Counted from the first letter of the stretch, positions 37,533 through 45,425 are shown. The stretch is DNA of 64,000 bases from a virus (IMGVR_UViG_3300012942_000002:5772-69771), one strand, 5' to 3'. Numbers and translations: made by a program. Notes: a model not told the origin generated them from the letters alone.

Positions 37533-37685
37533 ATGCTGGAAGCTCTCTGCTACACCGCAGCGTTCATCCTCTTCGCCCTGGCAGCCGTCCTGCCGCCGAC
37601 CGTCCCTCGGCGGTGGATGCTGACCAACGCAGGACTCGCTCTGGCCGTCCTGCCCAGCGCGGTGGAGGCCTTCAAGGCCGCGTAG
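37533..37685 (+). CDS. small membrane protein
   Basis: AAGGA RBS; two hydrophobic segments. Confidence 0.6.
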   Translation: MLEALCYTAAFILFALAAVLPPTVPRRWMLTNAGLALAVLPSAVEAFKAA

Positions 37686-37695
37686 CACCAAAGAC

Positions 37696-37737
37696 GAGAG
37701 GCCCGTCCCCTGCGATCCCAGGGAGCGGGCCTCTCTT
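37696..37737. terminator. bidirectional terminator
   Basis: GAGAGGCCCG...CGGGCCTCTC hairpin between convergent genes. Confidence 0.7.
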
Positions 37738-37748
37738 GTGCATGTCGA

Positions 37749-38081
37749 TCAGCACATGTCGAGTCCAGCGTCCTCGCCGCAGCCCGCGTGGCACCACACG
37801 ACCTCGGTCCGGTCAGAGTCCTGGAACTGCCCCATCTCGCCGTCGGCCGGTTCGCCGCACAGCTCGCACTCGTCCGTGTCCATCAGCGACACCTGCACGG
37901 CCTCTGCCTCGGCGTTCCAGTGGCCCTCGGCCTTGAGCCGCGCGACCACACCCGGCATCTCGCGGGCCTGCACCTCCAGGTCGGCCAGCGGGAGGGCCTG
38001 GTACGCCGCGATGGTCGCGTCGTCGTTGGGCCGACCCAGGGCCGCCGCCACCTGCATGGCCAGCTCGTGCTTGGTTGCCAT
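37749..38081 (-). CDS. early hypothetical protein with C-terminal Zn finger
   Basis: CCCCAAGGAGG RBS; CELC...HAGC. Confidence 0.8.
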   Translation of the reverse strand: MATKHELAMQVAAALGRPNDDATIAAYQALPLADLEVQAREMPGVVARLKAEGHWNAEAEAVQVSLMDTDECELCGEPADGEMGQFQDSDRTEVVWCHAGCGEDAGLDMC

Positions 38082-38127
38082 CTCGTCCTCCTTGGGGACC
38101 GGGGCGGACCACCCGCCCACAACACCA

Positions 38128-38198
38128 ACTATACCCCATCTCGACATGGAAGGCAACACATCTGCAGACTTGCTTTTTGCCGGCATGTGGAGTAGAGT
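38128..38198. promoter_or_regulatory. back-to-back divergent early promoters
   Basis: Minus: TTGCCT-17-TATAGT (38156-38128); plus: TTGCTT-17-TAGAGT (38170-38198). Confidence 0.8.
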
Positions 38199-38229
38199 TG
38201 ACCTCGTCAACGACCCCAAGGAGGTCCAA

Positions 38230-38448
38230 ATGTCCGCTCCCGTCTTCGTCCCGCTCTCCGGTCTCTACGTCCGGCTGCTGGCCGCTACGGCGCTCGCTAC
38301 CTACGGCTGCGCCGACTGCGTCCTGCTGCCTGCCGGCAAGTTCTGCCTGTCCCACGTCTGCCTGGACTGCGGCCGTATGGCGCACCCGCACTCGATGGCC
38401 TGCGTCCGTCGCGCCTGCTTCTCGCACCCCGGCTGCGACGGCTGCTGA
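38230..38448 (+). CDS. small Cys-rich early protein
   Basis: CCCCAAGGAGG RBS; nine Cys. Confidence 0.75.
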   Translation: MSAPVFVPLSGLYVRLLAATALATYGCADCVLLPAGKFCLSHVCLDCGRMAHPHSMACVRRACFSHPGCDGC

Positions 38449-38460
38449 TCGCCGGTCGGC

Positions 38461-38485
38461 CGCCCCGGTCCTCGCGACCGGGGCG
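38461..38485 (+). terminator. hairpin terminator
   Basis: CGCCCCGGTC/GACCGGGGCG. Confidence 0.65.
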
Positions 38486-38519
38486 TGCCGGCATGTCCAA
38501 AGAATCTTGGCGCAACCCC

Positions 38520-38548
38520 TTGCCTTCCATGTGGACATGGAGTAGACT
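38520..38548 (+). promoter_or_regulatory. early promoter
   Basis: TTGCCT-17-TAGACT with ATGGAG before the -10. Confidence 0.7.
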
Positions 38549-38616
38549 TGGTTTGATGCCCAAAATCGAAGCCGGCATGCCTGCAGAAGAATCTTCAAGA
38601 AAGTTGCACAAAGGGG

Positions 38617-38645
38617 TAGCGGAGGACTGCAGTCTGGAGTATAGT
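38617..38645 (+). promoter_or_regulatory. early promoter
   Basis: TAGCGG-17-TATAGT. Confidence 0.75.
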
Positions 38646-38684
38646 TCTTACTGTAAGCGAGAGAACGCCCCAAGGAGGCACCAG

Positions 38685-38924
38685 ATGACCGAGAACCAGC
38701 TCCCCGCGATCCGCATCGAGTACCGCAACCAGCGCAACGGCTGGGCGACCGCCACCTTCAAGACCGGCTACGGCGCGGAGCGCGAGACGCTGGAGGTCCG
38801 CAAGGTTCGCAACAACGAGGACGCCCTGCTCAACCTCTCCAACGAGATGAAGGCCAAGGGTTACCGGGGCGTCAGCTGGGCCGCGATGGGCACCGGCTAC
38901 TGGATGGGCGAGACCTGGATCTGA
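38685..38924 (+). CDS. early hypothetical protein
   Basis: CCCCAAGGAGG RBS. Confidence 0.85.
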   Translation: MTENQLPAIRIEYRNQRNGWATATFKTGYGAERETLEVRKVRNNEDALLNLSNEMKAKGYRGVSWAAMGTGYWMGETWI

Positions 38925-38947
38925 TCCAAGAAAGTCGGGGTGGAGGG

Positions 38948-38976
38948 TAGCGCCTCCACCCCGGCTGGAGTATAGT
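38948..38976 (+). promoter_or_regulatory. early promoter
   Basis: TAGCGC-17-TATAGT. Confidence 0.75.
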
Positions 38977-39011
38977 AGTTCTCGTAAGCAAGAGAGCCCC
39001 AAGGAGGCCAG

Positions 39012-39284
39012 ATGTTCGACGCGGAGAACACCAACGAGGACCTGCTCAACCGGGTCCGCGCGACCCAGGAGCTGCCGGGCACGGTTGAGGCGACCGGCCG
39101 GATCCGTGGCCAGTGGCACGAGATCGTCGAGACCTTCGACGGCGAGGGTGAGGCCTACGCCTACTGGGTCGCGCTGGACGACACCAACTCGGTCGGCTAC
39201 AAGCAGGCCGACACGCTCGACACCGACCCCGACGCGATCGACCTGGACTACGTCCACCTGGTCGAGCACGACGGCGAGCTCTGA
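39012..39284 (+). CDS. acidic early hypothetical protein
   Basis: CCCCAAGGAGG RBS; followed by hairpin 39293-39329. Confidence 0.85.
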   Translation: MFDAENTNEDLLNRVRATQELPGTVEATGRIRGQWHEIVETFDGEGEAYAYWVALDDTNSVGYKQADTLDTDPDAIDLDYVHLVEHDGEL

Positions 39285-39450
39285 CCGAGCCGGGAGCCCC
39301 GCACCTCCAACCGGAGGGAGCGGGGCTCCTGCATGTGCAGACGGCTCTCTGCCGGCCTCCAGCACATCGGGCTGTAGGTTAAAGCCCATCTGCACCCTCC
39401 AAGCCGGCATACAGCCATCTGCAGCTTTCCAAAATAGTTGCTGTGCAGAG

Positions 39451-39480
39451 TAGCCAACCCATGTCGACATGGGGTATAGT
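39451..39480 (+). promoter_or_regulatory. early promoter
   Basis: TAGCCA-18-TATAGT. Confidence 0.7.
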
Positions 39481-39523
39481 TACTCTCGTAAGGCCAACCG
39501 AGAGAGTCCCCCAGGAGGACGAC

Positions 39524-40240
39524 ATGAGCTACTCCATCCGCTACAACCGAGCCACCAACCACATCGCCGGGATCGCTTGCAAGACCACCAGCAACCAGAC
39601 CGACGAGGACATCAACCGGACCGGCGTCGTGGCCTACTACGCGGAGAACGCCTGTGGCGTCCTGACCCGTGGCCGTCTGGCCCAGGGAGCCTCGTACGAC
39701 AGCCTGGAGGAGGCGCTCAAGGCCGCGCGCATCACCGGCGGCCGCAAGGTCTGCAAGACCTGCGAGAAGGCCGCGCTGGCCGCTCTCGAGGCCGAGGCGG
39801 AGGCCGCCGCCAACGCCCCGGTCGAGGAGCCCAAGCCGGAGATCGTCGAGGGTGCCGAGCACCAGGTCGGCGACAAGCTGTACTTCATCCCGCTGGAGCG
39901 CCCGCACGGGTACGCCTGCCCCGCCGGAGAGGTCGAGGTCGTCCGGGTGGTTGACCACGGCGAGCCGACCCTGTACAGCCCGCGCTTCACCTACGTCGTC
40001 CAGGTGCCCGGCGTGCCGGCAAGCAGCCAGGGAACGGACCACCGCGAGCTGCACAAGATCGGTGAGGTGCCCGTGGACTACCGGTTCGAGTGGACGTACC
40101 TGACGGCCATCTGCTCCGACTGCCGGCAGAACGTCACCTTCGCCAACTCCAAGATCGTGGAGGAGCCCATCCTCCGCGAGGGTCCGGTCTACCCCGGCAT
40201 GGCGACGGTCAAGGCGAAGCGGGTGTGCGCCCACCACTGA
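39524..40240 (+). CDS. early hypothetical protein with CxxC motifs
   Basis: CCCCCAGGAGG RBS; CKTC, CSDC. Confidence 0.85.
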   Translation: MSYSIRYNRATNHIAGIACKTTSNQTDEDINRTGVVAYYAENACGVLTRGRLAQGASYDSLEEALKAARITGGRKVCKTCEKAALAALEAEAEAAANAPVEEPKPEIVEGAEHQVGDKLYFIPLERPHGYACPAGEVEVVRVVDHGEPTLYSPRFTYVVQVPGVPASSQGTDHRELHKIGEVPVDYRFEWTYLTAICSDCRQNVTFANSKIVEEPILREGPVYPGMATVKAKRVCAHH

Positions 40241-40367
40241 CCTCAGAGCGACCCGTAGAGGCCCTCTCCAGCCCCGGAGAGGGCCTCTCGGCTACCCGGC
40301 TCACGGCGCATGCCGGCATGTCGGCAAACGGCCACCTACTGATTTTCAACAATCTTCAAGGTGCAGG

Positions 40368-40396
40368 TTTCCATCCATCTGCACATGGGGTATAGT
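40368..40396 (+). promoter_or_regulatory. early promoter
   Basis: TTTCCA-17-TATAGT. Confidence 0.7.
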
Positions 40397-40450
40397 TCTT
40401 AGTGTAAGGCCGACCGCAAGGGTCGGCCCCGAGGCCCCAAGGAGGCCCCG

Positions 40451-40771
40451 ATGGACGAGAACACCAACACCGAGCACGACAAGTACGAGCTCGCCGTCCA
40501 GATCTCCGTCCTGAGCTACGACCTCAACGTCGCCAACCCGACGGTGCCGACGCTGCTCAAGGAGAACACCGAGGACCAGCTGATCGCCAAGCGGGACAGC
40601 CTCCTGGCGATGATCGACGAGCAGGTCTCGCTGGACGGCTTCTACGAGGTGCCCGCCCACATGGACGCCACGTGGCTGTGCACGCTGCTCCAGACCGAGC
40701 TCGGCGCGTACGTCGACGTCGACCCGGAGGCCGAGCAGGGCAAGTGCATCGTCCTGGTCGACCCCAGCTGA
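40451..40771 (+). CDS. early hypothetical protein
   Basis: CCCCAAGGAGG RBS; followed by hairpin 40787-40817. Confidence 0.85.
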   Translation: MDENTNTEHDKYELAVQISVLSYDLNVANPTVPTLLKENTEDQLIAKRDSLLAMIDEQVSLDGFYEVPAHMDATWLCTLLQTELGAYVDVDPEAEQGKCIVLVDPS

Positions 40772-40859
40772 ACCCCGCGCCAAGGCGAGCCCCGGTTCCC
40801 CAGCGGAGCCGGGGCTCTGCCCTTGCCGGCATGCCGGCAAAAGTTTCTGCACAAAGGGG

Positions 40860-40889
40860 TAGCGCGCAGGTGTGCACATGGAGTAAAGT
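40860..40889 (+). promoter_or_regulatory. early promoter
   Basis: TAGCGC-18-TAAAGT. Confidence 0.7.
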
Positions 40890-40929
40890 TCTATCAACAG
40901 CCCGAACGAGGAGCCCCAAGGAGGCCGAC

Positions 40930-41184
40930 ATGAACAGCTACAAGGTTACGATGCGGATGGGCCAGGACACCTGCAACACAACCACGGTCGTCGAGGCGGA
41001 GAGCGCGGAGGACGCGCCCCTGGTCGCGGAGATGAAGTGGACTGGGATCACGGTTCGGGTGCTGGACGTCGAGCGGGCGGACGACAGCAAGTACGGGTTC
41101 TGCGACGTCCACAAGGACCAGGAGCTGGAGGACCACTGCACCAGCTGCAACGCGGTCTACTGCGAGGCGTGCGAGTACGAGTAG
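40930..41184 (+). CDS. early protein with B-box-like Cys/His C-terminus
   Basis: CDVH...HCTSCNAVYCEAC; RBS; followed by hairpin 41202-41230. Confidence 0.8.
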   Translation: MNSYKVTMRMGQDTCNTTTVVEAESAEDAPLVAEMKWTGITVRVLDVERADDSKYGFCDVHKDQELEDHCTSCNAVYCEACEYE

Positions 41185-41261
41185 CGCACATGCCGGCAAC
41201 CGGCCCGCACCCCGGTGTGGGGTGCGGGCCTGAGGCAGTAGAAAGAATCTTCGATCTGGAG

Positions 41262-41290
41262 TAGCGCGAACCTCCAGATTGGAGTATAGT
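41262..41290 (+). promoter_or_regulatory. early promoter
   Basis: TAGCGC-17-TATAGT. Confidence 0.75.
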
Positions 41291-41335
41291 AGTTCTCGTA
41301 AGGCCAACCGGAACGAAGCCCCAAGGAGGCTCCCG

Positions 41336-41695
41336 ATGATGAACTCCGAGCGTACCGCCACCACCGTCGCCAAGCTGGCCCAGTCCGCCGCGCAGACCCT
41401 GCTCACCGCTCAGGCCCGCATCACCGACCAGTTCGCGGCCGGTGTGATGGTGTCCTCCTCCACCCTGGACTCCCTGATCGAGGCGCAGGCGGCGGCTCAC
41501 CTGACTGCCGGCCTGCAGACCCGCTGGAACCGGGGCGGGATGGCCGCCATCGAGTCCTGGCTGGAGGACGCGGCCGACCAGCTGATCACCGGCAACGCGG
41601 GCAGCTCCAGCAGCCCGGTCCACAACGCGATGGAGGTTGCCGAGCGCAAGGCGATGCAGGCGGCCTACCGGGCGCTGGCTCGCTGCCGCGACTGA
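41336..41695 (+). CDS. early hypothetical protein
   Basis: CCCCAAGGAGG RBS; followed by hairpin 41712-41739. Confidence 0.85.
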   Translation: MMNSERTATTVAKLAQSAAQTLLTAQARITDQFAAGVMVSSSTLDSLIEAQAAAHLTAGLQTRWNRGGMAAIESWLEDAADQLITGNAGSSSSPVHNAMEVAERKAMQAAYRALARCRD

Positions 41696-41744
41696 CCAAC
41701 CCCGCCCCGTCGGCCCGCATCCTGCAAAGGGTGCGGGCCTGGGG

Positions 41745-41773
41745 TAGTGAAAGAGCTCCACATGGAGTATAGT
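41745..41773 (+). promoter_or_regulatory. early promoter
   Basis: TAGTGA-17-TATAGT. Confidence 0.7.
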
Positions 41774-41810
41774 TACTCTCGTCAGCAAGCGAGTCCCCAA
41801 GGAGGACCCC

Positions 41811-42185
41811 ATGTACCAGTCCCTCGCGAACGCCGTCCAGATCGAGGCCGCCAAGGCCAACACCCGCCTGGAGCAGGCCAAGGCCGAGCTCACCAAGGCG
41901 CTGGCCACCCCGGTTGACGTTCCGGTCGGCCGGATGGAGGACCTCTGCAAGGCGCAGGCCGCGCTGCAGCTCTGGACCAAGCTGTACCTGGTCGCCGCCA
42001 AGTACCAGGGCGACTCGGCCGAGCAGAGCCGGATGCTGGTCCGCCGGGTCCGCGCTCTCCGCGACGAGCTGGTCGAGGAGTACGAGGTCCAGTCGACCAG
42101 CCCCTGGGTCAACGCCGAGGCCCGCACCGCCCGGAAGGTCAAGGTGGAGGTGTACGCGGTCCTCCGCGAGTTCGTCGAGGACTGA
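41811..42185 (+). CDS. early hypothetical protein
   Basis: GTCCCCAAGGAGG RBS; followed by hairpin 42204-42236. Confidence 0.85.
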   Translation: MYQSLANAVQIEAAKANTRLEQAKAELTKALATPVDVPVGRMEDLCKAQAALQLWTKLYLVAAKYQGDSAEQSRMLVRRVRALRDELVEEYEVQSTSPWVNAEARTARKVKVEVYAVLREFVED

Positions 42186-42595
42186 CAGCCCGGCCAACCG
42201 GCCCGAGCCCCGTTCCCCAAGTGGGAGCGGGGCTCTCTCGCGTTCCGGGGTCGCCGTGGCCCGTAGCGGCCCCGTAGGCGAGCGAACGCCCCGTGCGAGC
42301 CCCGTTGCCCCGCCAAGCCCGCGCGGAGCCGCCTACGAGCCTCCTACGGCTTCCGGCCGGACGTAACGGCGAGCCCGCGACCCGGCCACGCTGCGCCCCG
42401 GAGGGGCGAGTCCATGCCGGCTGCAAGCCGGCAGATGGCCCGATTCGACCCGATTTACCCTGAGGCGCGGTGAATCGCCGTAGACGCCCGGCACTCACTC
42501 CTACCTGGTCAAACAGAAGTTCTGGAAAAATCTTGAAGAAAGTTCGCGAGCCTCCTACCAGGGCATTCATCATGAATGACCAGGTAGACGCCGTG

Positions 42596-42624
42596 TTGCC
42601 TTCTGCGTGGATATGGAGCATGAT
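42596..42624 (+). promoter_or_regulatory. promoter for structured RNA A
   Basis: TTGCCT-17-CATGAT, preceded by palindrome 42554-42587. Confidence 0.6.
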
Positions 42625-42630
42625 AGTTCC

Positions 42631-42997
42631 TGTAAGCGAGAGGGCGGCGAGCGAAGCTCCCGGGACGGCGACTCCAGCCGACGGTCGAGGCTCCACCCGA
42701 AGAACGCGAACACCGAGCAAGGCGGCCAGGCGACAGGTCGGTAGCAGGAAATGCAGCGTCGGAGACTGGGCACCATCCCACCACAAGAAAACTGGTAGCG
42801 AGGGTAGTAGCGCGCAACGCTCCGGGGACGGACTTGCGGCTGGTCAGGGAGACACGGAACCGGCCACCGCAAGAGAGAACATCCGGAGAGTTGGCAAGGC
42901 GCAAGGGCCGAGCGAGCGGGCGGAGCGGCTGGTAGGTCCCACCGACGCCCGTGCAACACACAAGACGAAACAGCCCCGTCGGGAGACGCTGGCTGTA
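42631..42997 (+). ncRNA. putative structured ncRNA A ending at a hammerhead cleavage site
   Basis: No credible ORF; 5' domain covaries with 47249-47328; long-range stems 42756-62/42942-48 and 42833-39/42867-73. Confidence 0.55.
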
Positions 42998-43026
42998 GGC
43001 CGCTGAACGGCGGTCCTGAGGAGTCT
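42963..43026 (+). ncRNA. type II hammerhead ribozyme 1 (GUA site, cut after 42997)
   Basis: AGAC-GAAA-CAGCC..GGCTG-TA-GGCCGCT gaac GGCGGTC-CTGAGGA-GTCT. Confidence 0.88.
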
Positions 43027-43040
43027 CAAGGAGGAACACG

Positions 43041-43241
43041 ATGGGCATCCTGCCGAAGCGCGTCCCGCAGGCGAGCAACCCGCCGAACGGAACGCAGCAC
43101 GAGGGCCAGGGCGGTCAGTCCAACACGACGGGCTCCGGCCCGATCACGGACCGGCCGCTGCCCACCGAGGCCGACGGGCGCGACCTGATCCAGGTCGAGA
43201 ACCCGCTCGGCACGCCCGGCCCGGACGAGATCCAGCGCTGA
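43041..43241 (+). CDS. small Pro/Gly-rich protein
   Basis: AAGGAGG RBS joined to the ribozyme; followed by hairpin 43251-43279. Confidence 0.75.
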   Translation: MGILPKRVPQASNPPNGTQHEGQGGQSNTTGSGPITDRPLPTEADGRDLIQVENPLGTPGPDEIQR

Positions 43242-43315
43242 GCGGACGGCCAGCCGGGGAGCCCCCAGCTCCCCGGCTGTGCCGGCAACACCCGAAAGAA
43301 AGTTGCACTCCAGAG

Positions 43316-43344
43316 TAGCCATGCCGGCTGCAATGGAGTATAGT
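43316..43344 (+). promoter_or_regulatory. early promoter
   Basis: TAGCCA-17-TATAGT. Confidence 0.75.
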
Positions 43345-43388
43345 AGTTACTGTAAGGCCAACCCGACGAAGTCCCCAAGGAGGACCCC

Positions 43389-43991
43389 ATGGCCCGCAAC
43401 GAGAACAAGACCCAGAAGAACTTCGAAGCCCTCGCCGCCAAGGCTCCGACCCAGCTGCACGAGGACTTCGCCGAGTGGCTGTACATCCAGACCGGCATCA
43501 AGGTGGACGTCAAGACCGTCCAGCTGGCCGTCTCCTTCCGGATGGACTTCCAGGCCTCCCCCGAGAACCAGGCCAAGCTGGCCGAGCGCAAGGCAGCGGC
43601 TGCGGCCCGCAAGAAGGCGTCGGCCGAGCGCAAGAAGGCCAAGCTGGAGGCCGAGCTGGCGAAGCTCAAGGGAGATGCCGGCAAGGCCGAGGAGCCCAAG
43701 CAGGAGGCCGCCCCGGTCGTCGAGGAGACCAAGACCGAGGAGCCGGGGCCGGTCCAGAAGCTGACGGTGGTCTACGGCAACGGCGAGCCCGAGGTGCACA
43801 AGTTCGGCTGCGCCGACCTCAAGAAGATGACCAAGGCCAAGGGCTTCTCCAAGGAGACCGCGAACGTCCGGAGCCACACCGAGCTGACCCACCTGATCTA
43901 CTCGGACATGATCGACTCCGGCGAGTCCAGCCTGCAGGACAACTACATGGCCTACAACGCCAAGCCCTGCTGCCCCGCGCTGGACAGCTGA
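43389..43991 (+). CDS. Lys/Ala-rich paralog family protein 1
   Basis: PTQLHEDFAEWL...KTVQLAVSFRMDFQASPENQ, shared with 47743 and 54597. Confidence 0.85.
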   Translation: MARNENKTQKNFEALAAKAPTQLHEDFAEWLYIQTGIKVDVKTVQLAVSFRMDFQASPENQAKLAERKAAAAARKKASAERKKAKLEAELAKLKGDAGKAEEPKQEAAPVVEETKTEEPGPVQKLTVVYGNGEPEVHKFGCADLKKMTKAKGFSKETANVRSHTELTHLIYSDMIDSGESSLQDNYMAYNAKPCCPALDS

Positions 43992-44000
43992 CCAACCCCA

Positions 44001-44070
44001 GGACGAAACCGCCCGGTCTCCCGAGAGGAGGCCGGGCGGTCTGCGGCTGAGTGGCCGTACTGACGAGTCC
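44001..44070 (+). ncRNA. type II hammerhead ribozyme 2 (GUC, cut after 44041)
   Basis: GGAC-GAAA-CCGCCCGG..CCGGGCGG-TC-TGCGGCT gagt GGCCGTA-CTGACGA-GTCC. Confidence 0.93.
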
Positions 44071-44084
44071 CCAAGGAGGATCGC

Positions 44085-44366
44085 ATGACCGGCGAATCCG
44101 TCATCACCGACGAGCAGCTCGACGAGTGGGAGGCGCAGAACGTGCACCGTGGCAACAAGGCGGCTGCACCCATCCTCCGCGAGCTCACGCCTGAACAGCG
44201 CACCGTGGCCGTTGCTGAGGCCCACACGCGCATGAACCTGAGCGCGGGCTGGAACTACTCCGGCGCTGTCTGGCAGGCCGTGCAGGACTTGAAGGCGGGT
44301 CGTACGCCGTGCCTGGACGCGGCAGCCGACTATCGCAAGCGCGAGAACGAGCGCACCGGCCGCTGA
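44085..44366 (+). CDS. hypothetical protein flanked by two hammerheads
   Basis: CCAAGGAGG RBS. Confidence 0.85.
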   Translation: MTGESVITDEQLDEWEAQNVHRGNKAAAPILRELTPEQRTVAVAEAHTRMNLSAGWNYSGAVWQAVQDLKAGRTPCLDAAADYRKRENERTGR

Positions 44367-44377
44367 CATGCCGGCAA

Positions 44378-44433
44378 GGACGAAACCCGGCACCCAGCCG
44401 GGTCGGGCACTGGATGGTGCCCCTGACGAGTCC
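44378..44433 (+). ncRNA. type II hammerhead ribozyme 3 (GUC, cut after 44404)
   Basis: GGAC-GAAA-CCCGGC accca GCCGGG-TC-GGGCACT ggat GGTGCCC-CTGACGA-GTCC. Confidence 0.93.
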
Positions 44434-44447
44434 CCCAGGAGGATGTC

Positions 44448-44765
44448 ATGGGTCTGGTTCCGCTGCCGAGCGACGACGAGGTCGTCAAGGCGTGGCGTGA
44501 GCACGGCAAGAACAACTCGGCGACGGCCCGAGCGTTGGGCGTCAACGAGAGCACGATCCGCAAGGTGATCGTGCGAGCAACCGGCCGGACGCCTCGCCCC
44601 TACAAGAGGCTCCCGCTGGCCGGTGCACAGCTCTACGGAGCGTACCTGAAGGAAGGCGGCGACTGCCACTCCGTAGGCCGCCTAGCACGCCGCTACGGCG
44701 TCAAGCCCCAGTCGGTGCGCGCTGCGCTCCGTCGCTATCTGGACCGGGTCGACCCGGTCAACTGA
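44448..44765 (+). CDS. double HTH DNA-binding protein
   Basis: NNSATARALGVNESTIRK and SVGRLARRYGVKPQSVR. Confidence 0.8.
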   Translation: MGLVPLPSDDEVVKAWREHGKNNSATARALGVNESTIRKVIVRATGRTPRPYKRLPLAGAQLYGAYLKEGGDCHSVGRLARRYGVKPQSVRAALRRYLDRVDPVN

Positions 44766-44783
44766 GTCCCCAAGGAGGACAAC

Positions 44784-45008
44784 ATGGACAACGACCGCCG
44801 CGCGGTGTACGAGTACCTGATGAACAGCGGGTCGCAGATCAAGATGTCGACCTACGCGATCTTCGACGGCGTCGTCAACCACGACTACGTCGTCGTGCAC
44901 AGCGCCCCTCCCCGCGTCGTGCGGGAGCTCGTCGGCTTCTGCAAGATGGTGTCGATGAGCGAGCAGGGGCTCCTCATCCCGGTGACCAAGAAGGAGACCA
45001 GCAAGTGA
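44784..45008 (+). CDS. hypothetical protein
   Basis: GTCCCCAAGGAGG RBS. Confidence 0.8.
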   Translation: MDNDRRAVYEYLMNSGSQIKMSTYAIFDGVVNHDYVVVHSAPPRVVRELVGFCKMVSMSEQGLLIPVTKKETSK

Positions 45009-45163
45009 GCATCCCCAAGCCGCACGGCGGACACGAGCCCGCGCCTCCGCCGGAGGCCGACCCGGTCGTTCAGGCCGAGACGCGCGGCCACACCCCGGCG
45101 GAGCAGGTCCAGCCGCCCGAGGCCGACGCTCAGGACCTGTACGGTCCGCCCTCGGGGCAGTGA
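45005..45163 (+). CDS. small Pro-rich protein
   Basis: GTGA overlaps at both ends; AAGGAG upstream. Confidence 0.5.
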   Translation: MSIPKPHGGHEPAPPPEADPVVQAETRGHTPAEQVQPPEADAQDLYGPPSGQ

Positions 45164-45354
45164 TGCTGGATGTTCTTCATCGAGCTGCTCGCAGCCTTCT
45201 TCGAGGGGCTGATCGATGCGCTGAGGCCGAGCCGGTCGAGCCGCCGCAGGAAGCGGCGCTGAGCCAGGACCAGAGGCTGCTGTTCGACGCCATCAAGCGG
45301 GAGTTCCCGTTCATGAGCGACGAGTGCATCCTGCAGGTCATGTCAGAGATGTAG
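45160..45354 (+). CDS. hypothetical protein
   Basis: GTGA overlap; ends just before hammerhead 4. Confidence 0.55.
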   Translation: MMLDVLHRAARSLLRGADRCAEAEPVEPPQEAALSQDQRLLFDAIKREFPFMSDECILQVMSEM

Positions 45355-45358
45355 ACAA

Positions 45359-45411
45359 GGACGAAACCTCCGGAAGGAGGTCGGGCGTTGGATGACGCTC
45401 CTGAAGAGTCC
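45359..45411 (+). ncRNA. type II hammerhead ribozyme 4 (GUC, cut after 45382)
   Basis: GGAC-GAAA-CCTCC ggaa GGAGG-TC-GGGCGTT ggat GACGCTC-CTGAAGA-GTCC. Confidence 0.93.
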
Positions 45412-45425
45412 CGAAGGAGGACCAA

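Noticed and set aside
42470-43078. ORFs 42470-43006 (+), 42509-43078 (-) and 47220-47555 (+) as protein genes
   Set aside because: No RBS, atypical codon usage, and they cross promoters or ribozymes; RNA covariation explains these regions better.
44740-44778. Eighth hammerhead upstream of 44784
   Set aside because: No GAAA/stem III half and a truncated core (CTGA-GTCC); at most a relic.
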